From assembly GCA_947379975.1 (NCBI GenBank), contig CANCPF010000020.1, forward strand, positions 1-32,000: a stretch of DNA of 32,000 nt, given 5' to 3'. This document shows positions 18,242 through 26,537 of the stretch, in pieces; the first letter of the stretch is position 1; each line of letters opens with the position of its first letter. The notes under the pieces are model-generated. The model did no database searches. It saw only the letters and a list, made by a program, of their open reading frames with translations, and had not been told where the DNA came from. The translations under genes were made by a program, and so were the position numbers. The stretch comes from Methylophilaceae bacterium (GTDB lineage: Bacteria; Pseudomonadota; Gammaproteobacteria; Burkholderiales; Methylophilaceae).

Positions 18242-18430
18242 ATGCATTTTATGTGCTCAACGAAAGGCGTTAATGTTTTTGAGATTAGCTACATATTTAC
18301 TATTATTATGCTCGTCGTCGTGCGATGTTTTTATTTAACTGAAGGTAACTGCTAGAGTAATTAATGATCGGCAACTTAGGCGCGCCTAGCTTTGGCGATA
18401 AAATTAATAATAATTAATTTACATAGAATG

Positions 18431-18593
18431 CTTTGCACGAAGCAACACTAGCCCTGAAATTTAACAATTTCGTCATCCTCGTGAAGGTGGAATCGCAGTT
18501 ATGTGGTTGATTAACATGGATTTTCGTCTTCGCGGGAATGACGTAAATTAAGGGTTTTATATTAAATTGCAGATAATTCAGCTTCGTGCAAAG
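18431..18593. repeat. MITE/REP-like element with nested inverted repeats
   Basis: Outer perfect IR CTTTGCACGAAGC (18431-18443) / GCTTCGTGCAAAG (18581-18593). Inner imperfect IR CGTCATCCTCGTGAAGGTGGAATC (18471-18494) / GATTTTCGTCTTCGCGGGAATGACG (18519-18543). The inner arm is the widespread ...RLRGND-encoding repeat type. Confidence 0.5.
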
Positions 18594-18613
18594 TTCTCAC
18601 ATAAAGTAACGAC

Positions 18614-19099
18614 ATGAATAAAAGAAACATAATTTTGATTGCAATAACATTAATGTTTGCCGAGCAACTATCGATTGCCGGTGACATGCCAGAGGCGACT
18701 CTGACCAGTGGCGCTATTAATCCAGCAGTTACTCAGCAGAATATCGATAGTACTATTTGCGTTAGGGGATATACAAAGACAGTCAGACCCCCCGCTCATT
18801 ACACAAATAAGTTAAAAAAAATCCAAATCATCCAATATGGCTATGCTGACACCAACCCGAAGCATTACGAAGAGGATCATTTAATTCCATTAAGCATTGG
18901 CGGTAGCCCTAGTGACCCACAAAACCTTTGGCCACAGTCAAGGTTAAGTGAGTGGAATGCCCAGAAAAAAGATGTACTGGAGTTTAGGATTTATAAGCTG
19001 GTATGCGATGGCTTGGTGCCATTAGACGAAGCTAGGTCCGCAATAGCGCAAAACTGGATTGATGCTTATAAACGTTACTTAGTTGGGCCTCCCATTTGA
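18614..19099 (+). CDS. Secreted protein with HNH-like motif
   Basis: Signal peptide MNKRNIILIAITLMFAEQLSIA. Motif EEDHLIPLSIGGSPSDPQNLWPQ resembles the HNH DH-IPL-GG pattern. Confidence 0.6.
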   Translation: MNKRNIILIAITLMFAEQLSIAGDMPEATLTSGAINPAVTQQNIDSTICVRGYTKTVRPPAHYTNKLKKIQIIQYGYADTNPKHYEEDHLIPLSIGGSPSDPQNLWPQSRLSEWNAQKKDVLEFRIYKLVCDGLVPLDEARSAIAQNWIDAYKRYLVGPPI

Positions 19100-19206
19100 C
19101 TTATGTTGAATAAAACCTAAATTAATTAATTACGTATTAGCTACAGTTAGCTTAAATTCTATGTTCGTTTAAAGAACAGCCAGCATCTTGAAGGAGTAGT
19201 TATTAA

Positions 19207-19980
19207 ATGAATTTTTTTAAAATATTGATAGCATCATTGTTGATGATGCTATCAATTCAAGTTGATGCAGAAGTTGAGTTCCAAAAATTAGATTACAAGG
19301 ATTCTAAAGGTCATGAGTTTGCGTCACTTAAACTAACTGGCCACATTCTAGATTCCGATGTTTCTTTGTTCAAAAAATACATCAGGCAAATCCACAAGGA
19401 ACACTTAAGGTTAGAGGATGATTCAGTTGTATTAAACAGTCATGGCGGCATGGCGCTCCCTGCTATTGAAATTGGTCGAATTATTCGTAAAGAGCACCTC
19501 TCAACTCTAGTGCCTCAAGATGCCATCTGCAATAGCGCATGTGCTTACGTTTTGATCAGTGGTGTATGCCGAATGGCGCTTGGTGAAGTGAAAATTCATC
19601 GTTCATTGCATCAAGGTGATGAGGAGATGGAAAGCCCCATTTCTATAAAAGAGAATTACAAAGTAATACAAAAAGACATCCGAGATAAGTTCAGCTTTTA
19701 CCATGAGATGGGTGCGCCGGTAGCAATGGTATGGCAAGGCATTAATACGCCACAATGGTTAATAACAAGTCTCAGTGAAGAGGAAAAAGATTTGTATGGA
19801 TTATTTTATTCAATTCCAGAAGAACAAGATCTTCGTTACAACCGTATGGCTAGACAACGAAAAGTCAGTAAATTTGATTTGGTTGCAATACTTAAAGATA
19901 AGTATGTTGAATCAAACCCTGAGGGCAATCTTAGCGAGATTACTAATCGCGTTTCTTGTTCAGAACAGTTATTTTTATAG
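19207..19980 (+). CDS. Secreted ClpP/crotonase-fold-like protein (COG3904-like)
   Basis: Signal peptide. NSHGGMALPAIEIGRIIRK...CNSACAYVLISG resembles the ClpP-type xSxGG...SA motif arrangement. Confidence 0.55.
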   Translation: MNFFKILIASLLMMLSIQVDAEVEFQKLDYKDSKGHEFASLKLTGHILDSDVSLFKKYIRQIHKEHLRLEDDSVVLNSHGGMALPAIEIGRIIRKEHLSTLVPQDAICNSACAYVLISGVCRMALGEVKIHRSLHQGDEEMESPISIKENYKVIQKDIRDKFSFYHEMGAPVAMVWQGINTPQWLITSLSEEEKDLYGLFYSIPEEQDLRYNRMARQRKVSKFDLVAILKDKYVESNPEGNLSEITNRVSCSEQLFL

Positions 19981-20633
19981 TGAAATAATATCCTTGGGAC
20001 GGCTTGAAGATAGACAAGCTTCTAGGGTAAAGATGAGTATTCTTGTAGGTTATAGGTCAGCAAAAGATGACTGGAACATAATTCAAAAAGAGTAGGTCGC
20101 AAGAATTAAAATATGAGAGCGAGTCTTAAAACTATTTATAAAAAACTGGCACTTAATAACTAAATTTTAAGTAGATTAGAAATTCAATAAATGAAAAAAA
20201 TTGTTGACCAGATAATGTTTTCTCATATTTCAAGAAATAAGATGTTGGGTTTTTAGAAAATTAAAAATAAAGTGGTATTTAGTTGATAATAAAAATTATT
20301 GCTATGAAATAAACATTGGTCAGAAAAGCGTAGTTAAAGTTGAAAGTCACGGTGTAATTGCTGCTAAACGTTTATTAAATGATTTGGAGGAAGGCCGTAT
20401 TCTTCAGTATCTTAATCAGCTAAATTTAAAGCTTCCTCTTCCTGATTCACAATCTATAATTTCACCCAATATTCAACATAAGCTATAAATCACACTAGGA
20501 GAGCTTTTTATCCATTACTTGGTCTTCTAGCAATGAACGCGGAGCTGACTCCGCATTCAGTTCGATTCGGCAGTTGACTGACTACATTGAAAGTATTGAA
20601 AAAAATAATTTTGGTTTTGTCTTCATTTATATA

Positions 20634-20806
20634 GATCAATTCGTAGAAATCTGAGTTTAATGAGCACCGTTGACAGAATAACAGTAAGATGATGGATGGG
20701 TGGTATGAAACTCGCAAGTGAGGGATTGGCTAGGCCTTGGCAGATGAAGCAGGGGAATAAAAGCCTGAATTACACGACCAGTTGGGATGAATTGGTTAAG
20801 GTTTGA
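20634..20806 (+). pseudogene. Decayed 3' remnant of a umuC/rumB-like (Y-family polymerase) gene, copy 1
   Basis: Reads LMSTVDRITVR-stop-WMGGMKLASEGLARPWQMKQGNKSLNYTTSWDELVKV-stop. Parallels copy 2 and the UmuC C-terminus (from memory, ...W.MK....SP.YTT). Has an internal stop and no 5' part. Confidence 0.7.
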
Positions 20807-20855
20807 ATTAATGTATAGTTGCGCAAATAATAAGTAATGAAGAAAAGAGAAAGTA

Positions 20856-21764
20856 ATGAAAATAAAACTATATGGGATCAATATACGAAGCGGCGAGAAT
20901 CCCATGTTTTCAGACTTTATGGACTACCTTATAACTGCCGAAACTTTAGGTTTTGATTATGCGGGCTTTAAAAGATTTTTATACGTTGTAAAAAATCAGG
21001 ATCATTATTCTGGTTTGTTGATTACAACAAAAGATCAGAAAAAGTTTATGGAGCTCTCTAACGAACAAGGGGAAATTACCATTACGGCTAGAGATGTAAC
21101 TGAAGGCGCTGAGTTGGCAGAATTTAATTTTTTTATAGTTGATGCCATAACAGGGCGAGGTCTTTATCAGCACTATTACCATTCGTGTGCATTCAATCAG
21201 TTCGGTTTTATTTTGAAGTATTTTTTTGAAAAATTTAAGCAGATTAAAATAGCTGAAGAGTCTAATGGATTAACAAATAAGCGTGATTTAGCCGTAGTGA
21301 AGAAGAAGTACGCAAATCCTCTTGCATGGGGATTTTTTATGCGTGAAGAATCTTTTGATAACTTACTTGCAAGACTCGCGAAAATTAAATCGTTCGACTT
21401 TACATTTTCCACGGTAACTGTAAGTGATCCAGTCTTTCGGCCATTGAGTGGGCTGTGTAAGCAAGTTTCACAAAAATATAGCTTTGCTAAAAACTCTGTA
21501 TTGAGCACAGTTATATCTGCTATAAAAGATTCTGTAAGTGCTTTAGGAATTAATGATGGCAAAGTAATTGGTGTTGACGAGAATGGGCAGGATGTTGATG
21601 TATTTTTGACCGATAATTTAGAGTCTTTTGCAGAGTGGGATTATGATGCAGTAGCTGAAAAGATGCAGAGACTGAATCCTAGAGAGTTCAATGATGCATG
21701 GTTAACTAATGTGATCCTGAAAAAATTTAATGATCAAAGAGAATTGTTCTCGATTTCATCTTAA
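20856..21764 (+). CDS. Hypothetical soluble protein (302 aa), first gene of a two-gene module
   Basis: ORF with a purine-rich stretch upstream of the ATG. No recognisable motif. The next gene starts 6 nt after the stop. Confidence 0.7.
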   Translation: MKIKLYGINIRSGENPMFSDFMDYLITAETLGFDYAGFKRFLYVVKNQDHYSGLLITTKDQKKFMELSNEQGEITITARDVTEGAELAEFNFFIVDAITGRGLYQHYYHSCAFNQFGFILKYFFEKFKQIKIAEESNGLTNKRDLAVVKKKYANPLAWGFFMREESFDNLLARLAKIKSFDFTFSTVTVSDPVFRPLSGLCKQVSQKYSFAKNSVLSTVISAIKDSVSALGINDGKVIGVDENGQDVDVFLTDNLESFAEWDYDAVAEKMQRLNPREFNDAWLTNVILKKFNDQRELFSISS

Positions 21765-21769
21765 GGGTA

Positions 21770-22300
21770 ATGGAAATGAAACTAACTGATTGGGTTGTTA
21801 CTTTCTGGGTGCCTTTGTTAATGGCTTTATTGGTTTTTTCATCGGCATACTATTTTGATGTGAATTTAACTATTGATATAGTCGATTTTTATCAGAAGAA
21901 TTTAAGAAGCAGCCTTTTTGCTGGTTTTTTAACTATGGGTGGTTTTCTGTTGTCATTAAAAACTGGGATTCTCATTAAAATTAAAGAAAATCTTTATGAC
22001 AATGATGCTTATGTAAATAAACTCAAAGAACAGCGAATTGTATCGCCTACCTTGAGTCATTACGGGCCTTTAAAACGGTTAAGTCAGGTTTTGTCGATTG
22101 CAGTTTTTGCATGCTTGTCTACCTCTGCACTTCAGTTCACATTGGGCTTGGTTTCATCATGGTTGGCCGTAGGGCTGTGTCTTGCTTTTTCTGCCTTTGC
22201 TATGAGTTCATTGTTGCTTTCATTTATTTTGATGCAACAAAACCTTAGTGATTGGTTTGATTTCATTGAGAAGAATAGTGATAAATCCCATAAAAAATAA
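21770..22300 (+). CDS. Hypothetical 4-TM membrane protein (176 aa)
   Basis: Four hydrophobic helices: VVTFWVPLLMALLVFSSAYYF, LFAGFLTMGGFLLSLKTGILI, VLSIAVFACLSTSALQFTLGLV, WLAVGLCLAFSAFAMSSLLLSFIL. AAGGG upstream of the start. Confidence 0.7.
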   Translation: MEMKLTDWVVTFWVPLLMALLVFSSAYYFDVNLTIDIVDFYQKNLRSSLFAGFLTMGGFLLSLKTGILIKIKENLYDNDAYVNKLKEQRIVSPTLSHYGPLKRLSQVLSIAVFACLSTSALQFTLGLVSSWLAVGLCLAFSAFAMSSLLLSFILMQQNLSDWFDFIEKNSDKSHKK

Positions 22301-22358
22301 ATCTGGTAGGGGAATGGCATTAGGAGCACTATTGATCTAATGACTATTAAACCAGTTT

Positions 22359-22380
22359 GACCGTTACTTTATGTAACACT
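22359..22380. repeat. Degenerate member of the CGTTAC-N5-GTAACG palindrome family, followed by a T-rich tract
   Basis: GACCGTTAC-tttat-GTAACACT, 59 nt after the stop at 22300, followed by TGTTTTATTTATTCTTTTTT. Confidence 0.5.
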
Positions 22381-22666
22381 TGTTTTATTTATTCTTTTTT
22401 AATGCAGGCATAAACAAGCCTTTAACATGCATGAGCAAGCTCACTGCTATGGATCAGTAGCTTAAGACTACCTAGCGTATGTTTTAGAAGCCTAATTACA
22501 CGGCTACGCATTCTACTATTTTGGCTTTTGGTTGAATTTGTAAATTTCATGCGTATTTACAGTTTTAATGCAGGTTTCCAATTACGCAGTGGCATTGTCC
22601 ATTTCTCACATCAAGTGAAAATCTAATATTAAAACTCGACTGAAGATCATGAAAGTAATTTAGCTA

Positions 22667-22694
22667 TTTACATTTACAAATAACAATTTATAAT
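22667..22694 (+). promoter_or_regulatory. Near-consensus sigma-70 promoter, TTTACA-N16-TATAAT
   Basis: -35 at 22667-22672 and a perfect -10 at 22689-22694. No ORF lies downstream before the terminator at 22801-22834. Confidence 0.5.
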
Positions 22695-22700
22695 GATCTT

Positions 22701-22834
22701 GTCCTGTGTACACCGAAGTGGCGAAAGTCACGCAGAGATTCCACCTGAAAAGGTTTCCGCCCAAGTGCAGATATTCTAAGAGATTCGGTTAGCATCAAAG
22801 AAAAGGCTCCTTTATTGGAGCCTTTTCCCTTTTT
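22701..22834 (+). ncRNA. Candidate small RNA of about 130 nt (promoter to terminator, no ORF)
   Basis: Bounded by the promoter above and the GGCTCC-tttatt-GGAGCC plus T-run terminator. Contains a GTGGC-GAAA-GTCAC hairpin and two AGAGATTC repeats. No ATG. Confidence 0.35.
22801..22834. terminator. Bidirectional rho-independent terminator
   Basis: AAAAGGCTCC-tttatt-GGAGCCTTTT with T-runs on both strands, 4 nt from the stop of the minus-strand gene at 22838. Confidence 0.75.
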
Positions 22835-22837
22835 GAA

Positions 22838-23365
22838 TTATCTAGGCGCTTTAATTGGTTTTCCTGAAAGCCTGTTAGCTAAAATGGTATAGAGTGAAAT
22901 CTTTTTTGTTTGCTTGCGAGTTCTTCTTCCGTCTGGTGCAAATGCGCTATTTACAACTAAATGTGCAATATTTGGTTTGGCTATTTTAATCTCAAAATAG
23001 ACTTCGTATTCTTGCTTCACACCGTTTTGCAAAGTTAGTTCAACGATAAAAAAATTCCCATGCCCTGTATGCATGCAGGATCGATGGTTTAAACCCTCTA
23101 TGATATTTGGCAACTGTTTTGATAATTCATATCGTTGAAAATCAAACAGCCTCGTCTCTCTAGTGTCGCTATAACGCAGAGGATTCACATTTGCAATTTT
23201 AGAATTTCCTTCTGTGAAGCAGTGAAGACCATAACAAACTTCAACAGTGAAGGTTTTTGCTATCTGCGCTCCCTTTGCTGGCTGTTCATACACTACGATT
23301 GTGGGATGAAGGTGAGATAGATCATATTCACATCTATTATGTTTAAACACTTCCCATTTAATCAT
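22838..23365 (-). CDS. Hypothetical protein (175 aa)
   Basis: ORF followed by a strong terminator. No recognisable motif. Confidence 0.65.
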   Translation of the reverse strand: MIKWEVFKHNRCEYDLSHLHPTIVVYEQPAKGAQIAKTFTVEVCYGLHCFTEGNSKIANVNPLRYSDTRETRLFDFQRYELSKQLPNIIEGLNHRSCMHTGHGNFFIVELTLQNGVKQEYEVYFEIKIAKPNIAHLVVNSAFAPDGRRTRKQTKKISLYTILANRLSGKPIKAPR

Positions 23366-23652
23366 TTAATCACCTAATACTCTTCTTCATTATTGCCGAG
23401 ATTATAACCTTTTGAAGAAAGGTAATTATCGCAGCTTGCTACGTGTTCAGAATAAGTTGTCAGTTTCTTCAAGCTCGATGAGTCTTAATGCAGCAACAGT
23501 ATGACGATCTTATCACCTAGATCTATTTGATGGCGCTGACAATTAGCTAAGATTGCTTTTGGGCTCTAAAACATCTCTGCAAACGTCTTTAATTGTCTAA
23601 TGAAACATGACTCTAATTAATAGATAATAATAATCACTGAATGAGGTATCAA

Positions 23653-23718
23653 ATGAATCAAACTGTAAGAGTATTTACCGCTGAATTTAAGCAAAGCGCG
23701 AGATCTATACCAAAATAA
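23653..23718 (+). pseudogene. Possible N-terminal fragment of an IS3-family OrfA transposase
   Basis: MNQTVRVFTAEFKQSARSIPK-stop. The R.F(S/T)AEFK motif is typical of IS3-family OrfA N-termini. Only 21 codons. Confidence 0.3.
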
Positions 23719-23761
23719 TTTATAACGCATCATCAATCAATAGTTCAAAATTGGAGAAATT

Positions 23762-24082
23762 ATGAATAATGAAGCTTCTGTAGAAAAATTCAAAAGCCAG
23801 CTTGAGTTAATAAACCTCAGTCTTGACGAGTTGCGAGAAGAGAGAAAAGAATTAAAGTCAGCAGCTTGGAATTGCGATATCCGTGAGGCTATGGATAGAA
23901 TAATTAAAGCTAAATCATATGAAATAACTAACAATGCAATCCGAGAAAGATTAAATTCACCGAATTTAAGTATGGATGATCTTGTCGCGACTCGGGCATT
24001 TGCTCTTGTTGCAGGAGTTGGTCCTGATGTTATTGATGAATTAAATGAGGCTATAAAATCAATTCAAGGAAAAGAAAAATGA
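23762..24082 (+). CDS. Hypothetical protein, predicted coiled-coil (106 aa)
   Basis: TTGGAGAA upstream of the ATG. The stop overlaps the next start (ATGA). Confidence 0.6.
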   Translation: MNNEASVEKFKSQLELINLSLDELREERKELKSAAWNCDIREAMDRIIKAKSYEITNNAIRERLNSPNLSMDDLVATRAFALVAGVGPDVIDELNEAIKSIQGKEK

Positions 24083-24567
24083 GTAAATCAGATTCAATGT
24101 TATTAGCCTGTGCAAAATTTGTTAAATTTGTGCTGAGTAATAACTTTACAGAATTAGAAAGAAAACTCTTCGCCAAGATGTTGGTAGAGGGTTTCAGAAA
24201 AGCTCATGATCAAGCAGAATCAGAATTTGGGAAGGGAAAGTTTTTGGGCCATCTGTATTGGACTAAAAATGCTCTTGAGCTCTTGGGTCATAACTTAGCA
24301 ATAAAAAAATCCTTATCTGATAATCTAAGGCATGAACATTCAGTGCCATTGATTTATCTGGCTGAAAATATTCTTTTTAAAATGCCGAAGGTAGCAACTG
24401 AATTAGATATTTTTGAAAAAATAAAATATTTTGGAATAGTTGTAATCATGACCAGAGATGAAGATTCGGCGTTGAAATTGAAAAGCAAGATGCCCGATAA
24501 TTGGGATCGGCAAGATATTTTTGCAAGATATGACGATCTTAAATCACAGATTGTTAAAAGAGATTAA
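24079..24567 (+). CDS. Hypothetical protein (162 aa) with an LRHEHSVP motif
   Basis: Translationally coupled to the upstream ORF. H-E-H followed by P is reminiscent of His-Me finger / DUF1524-type nuclease motifs. Speculative. Confidence 0.6.
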   Translation: MSKSDSMLLACAKFVKFVLSNNFTELERKLFAKMLVEGFRKAHDQAESEFGKGKFLGHLYWTKNALELLGHNLAIKKSLSDNLRHEHSVPLIYLAENILFKMPKVATELDIFEKIKYFGIVVIMTRDEDSALKLKSKMPDNWDRQDIFARYDDLKSQIVKRD

Positions 24568-24601
24568 TTCAGATAATCACAATAAGCGCCGGAACAACTA
24601 C

Positions 24602-24847
24602 GCTAAGGCTGGAGTAAGCTTGGGCGACTTAATACCAAGAACTTCAGCGCAGTTTGATATGTTTGCGTCAGGGCAATCAACCAGTCGAAGTACAAGTCTC
24701 ATGAGCACCATCGACCGAATTAACAGTAAGATAGGGCGTGAGTCGATTAAGTTAGCCAGTGAAGGCTTTGCTATGCTGTGGAAGATGAAGCAGGGGAATA
24801 AGAGTCCTAATTTCACGACTAGGTGGGACGAGTTGGTGGTGGTTTGA
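24602..24847 (+). pseudogene. 3' remnant of a umuC/rumB-like gene, copy 2
   Basis: NNYAKAGVSLGDLIPRTSAQFDMF...LMSTIDRINSKIGRESIKLASEGFAMLWKMKQGNKSPNFTTRWDELVVV. Compare the E. coli UmuC C-terminus from memory (YQKAGVMLGD...AQLNLF...LM..MD.LN...GR...WQMK...SPRYTT). No N-terminal polymerase domain is present. Confidence 0.8.
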
Positions 24848-26534
24848 ACAAAATCTCTATGATTTTTAATGAGTTCAAGAGATCAAAACTGATTGCTTCA
24901 ATATGTTTGTGAGGGGTTTTATGTTTACTTAAGAGAGAACACTTTATGGCTTGCGCCTCCTCGCCAGATGAGTGGGCGGCTAGTTTTGCTCTTAAATTAT
25001 TGAGATCTAAAAGCGGATTGACAGCCTCATCAATTACATCAGGTGGAGTGTTTTTTAAATTTAAAATTTCTTTAAGTAACTTGATTGATCCGATGCTAGG
25101 CTCTAATACAAGATTTAATTCTTTGGCAATTCTCTTCAAATAACTTTTTTCAATGCTCTCGACAACAACTTTTGCTAAGAGCAATATCGTGTCAATCCAA
25201 ATTTTTTGAGAGTTAGTTAATGGATAATGAATTTGGTTAATAAGGCTTGGCTCATGCAATTTAAACCATTCATAATTTGAAGCGCCTAAGTGAAATGCAT
25301 AGTCTTTTAGGTCACGTAAATTATCTGGCTCACTATCAAATTCTCCTAAAAAACTGTTTAAGAGTGTTCTTTTTGAAATGGCGCCTTTAGGATTCTCATT
25401 AAAACTTTTCCAATAAACTTGCTCTTGAAAAGGAAGGTCGGCTAAATCGCAAATCAATGTGTGAATCTGACCAGCCTCATTGAAATCGTATTCGCGAAGA
25501 TACCAAGAATTTCTGCATGAAATTGATCTATTTTCTAAGGTATATTTTTCTGGATCGGACTTGTACTTGTCTAGGACAGATGCGTTGAAGAAAACTGGTG
25601 AAGTTTGAAATGGTAGATTTGAATCTGGCTGGAAGTATGACGCTGTTGCTTTGGGGTCGCAGCTAGATTCAATAGTCTGATTGTTCTTAAAGTCATTTAT
25701 TATGAAAGTTTCATATTTTTTTGGCTTATCTTCTTTAGCCTTTAGTATTGCACCGAGCTCTTCAGAGGTGAATTTTGGATAAACAATTTGGCATCCACGG
25801 ATGAATCCAGCCCCATCATTTTGACTGTGAAATTTGTAAAAAATATTGGTATTATCATCTGAGATACTTTCACATTCAGTGTGTTGCCATGCACTGAAGC
25901 CCTTGGGAATAAAGGTGTAATCGAATACTTGTAAAAGTACATTATCCGTTGCGGCCATCTGCAACTCTATAATTTCACGATTAATAGATACAACTGAATC
26001 TGAAAATGATTTACCTGAATCCTGTTGGACTTTAATTACACTTTCAATATCGCCATTAGTATCTAATCTACACCAAGAATTCTTTTCTCTAACCCAGTGT
26101 AAATCGTGTGCAAATAATAAAAACTGAGGCACTTCATAATAATTCTTATTTGGTAATCCATCGAAATGTCTCCGGTGGATAAGGTGTTTTGTGCCCTCAA
26201 TCTCTACACCACTGATTCTAAGTGATGGTTCGTTAAACTCGACTCTAGGTGGTTTCCCTCCGCCATATACCAACCCGCATTGCCAAGTATCATTTCCAAT
26301 ATCCCATTCAGGAATAGTTTTGAAATCTATCTTGCTAATTTCAGACTTCGGTATCAAAAAGGATTTAATAAAAACTTGTCCTTCATTGAAGCTCGACGCT
26401 TCAAGAAGTAAAGATCTATCTGTTTGTTGAAGTGATAATAATTCTAGAAAAAGTTCTTTTTCAAATTGCTCAACTCCATGGGAGTGCTGTTCATATTGAG
26501 GATACGAAAGATTGATTATCGAACTAGCACTCAT
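24819..26534 (-). CDS. Large hypothetical protein (571 aa) with a C-terminal helical region carrying a HEPN-like R-x5-H motif
   Basis: LNNLRAKLAAHSSG (R515...H521, nt 24992-24972). The rest is unrecognised. The last 9 codons (KPPPTRPT) are antisense to the umuC remnant. Confidence 0.7.
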   Translation of the reverse strand: MSASSIINLSYPQYEQHSHGVEQFEKELFLELLSLQQTDRSLLLEASSFNEGQVFIKSFLIPKSEISKIDFKTIPEWDIGNDTWQCGLVYGGGKPPRVEFNEPSLRISGVEIEGTKHLIHRRHFDGLPNKNYYEVPQFLLFAHDLHWVREKNSWCRLDTNGDIESVIKVQQDSGKSFSDSVVSINREIIELQMAATDNVLLQVFDYTFIPKGFSAWQHTECESISDDNTNIFYKFHSQNDGAGFIRGCQIVYPKFTSEELGAILKAKEDKPKKYETFIINDFKNNQTIESSCDPKATASYFQPDSNLPFQTSPVFFNASVLDKYKSDPEKYTLENRSISCRNSWYLREYDFNEAGQIHTLICDLADLPFQEQVYWKSFNENPKGAISKRTLLNSFLGEFDSEPDNLRDLKDYAFHLGASNYEWFKLHEPSLINQIHYPLTNSQKIWIDTILLLAKVVVESIEKSYLKRIAKELNLVLEPSIGSIKLLKEILNLKNTPPDVIDEAVNPLLDLNNLRAKLAAHSSGEEAQAIKCSLLSKHKTPHKHIEAISFDLLNSLKIIEILFKPPPTRPT

Positions 26535-26537
26535 TTT

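Noticed and set aside
20267-20487. Stop-free frame of about 70 codons (KWYLVDNKNYCYEINIGQ...NIQHKL) on the plus strand
   Set aside because: It has no ATG, GTG or TTG start in frame before most of its length. It may be a decayed gene fragment, but that is not supportable.
20508-20905. Two overlapping minus-strand ORFs (69 and 82 aa)
   Set aside because: They are antisense to umuC remnant 1 and to the start of the 302-aa gene. Both are low complexity with no Shine-Dalgarno sequence.
20856-22300. Calling the 302-aa plus 4-TM pair a Kiwa system
   Set aside because: The gene order is opposite to kwaA-kwaB, and I cannot verify DUF4868 similarity without a profile search. It is kept as an unknown module.
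24521-24847. 108-aa ORF called as a gene in the track
   Set aside because: Only its C-terminal portion, about 80 residues, is meaningful (UmuC tail). The N-terminal part overlaps the 162-aa gene in another frame. I treated it as a truncated pseudogene.
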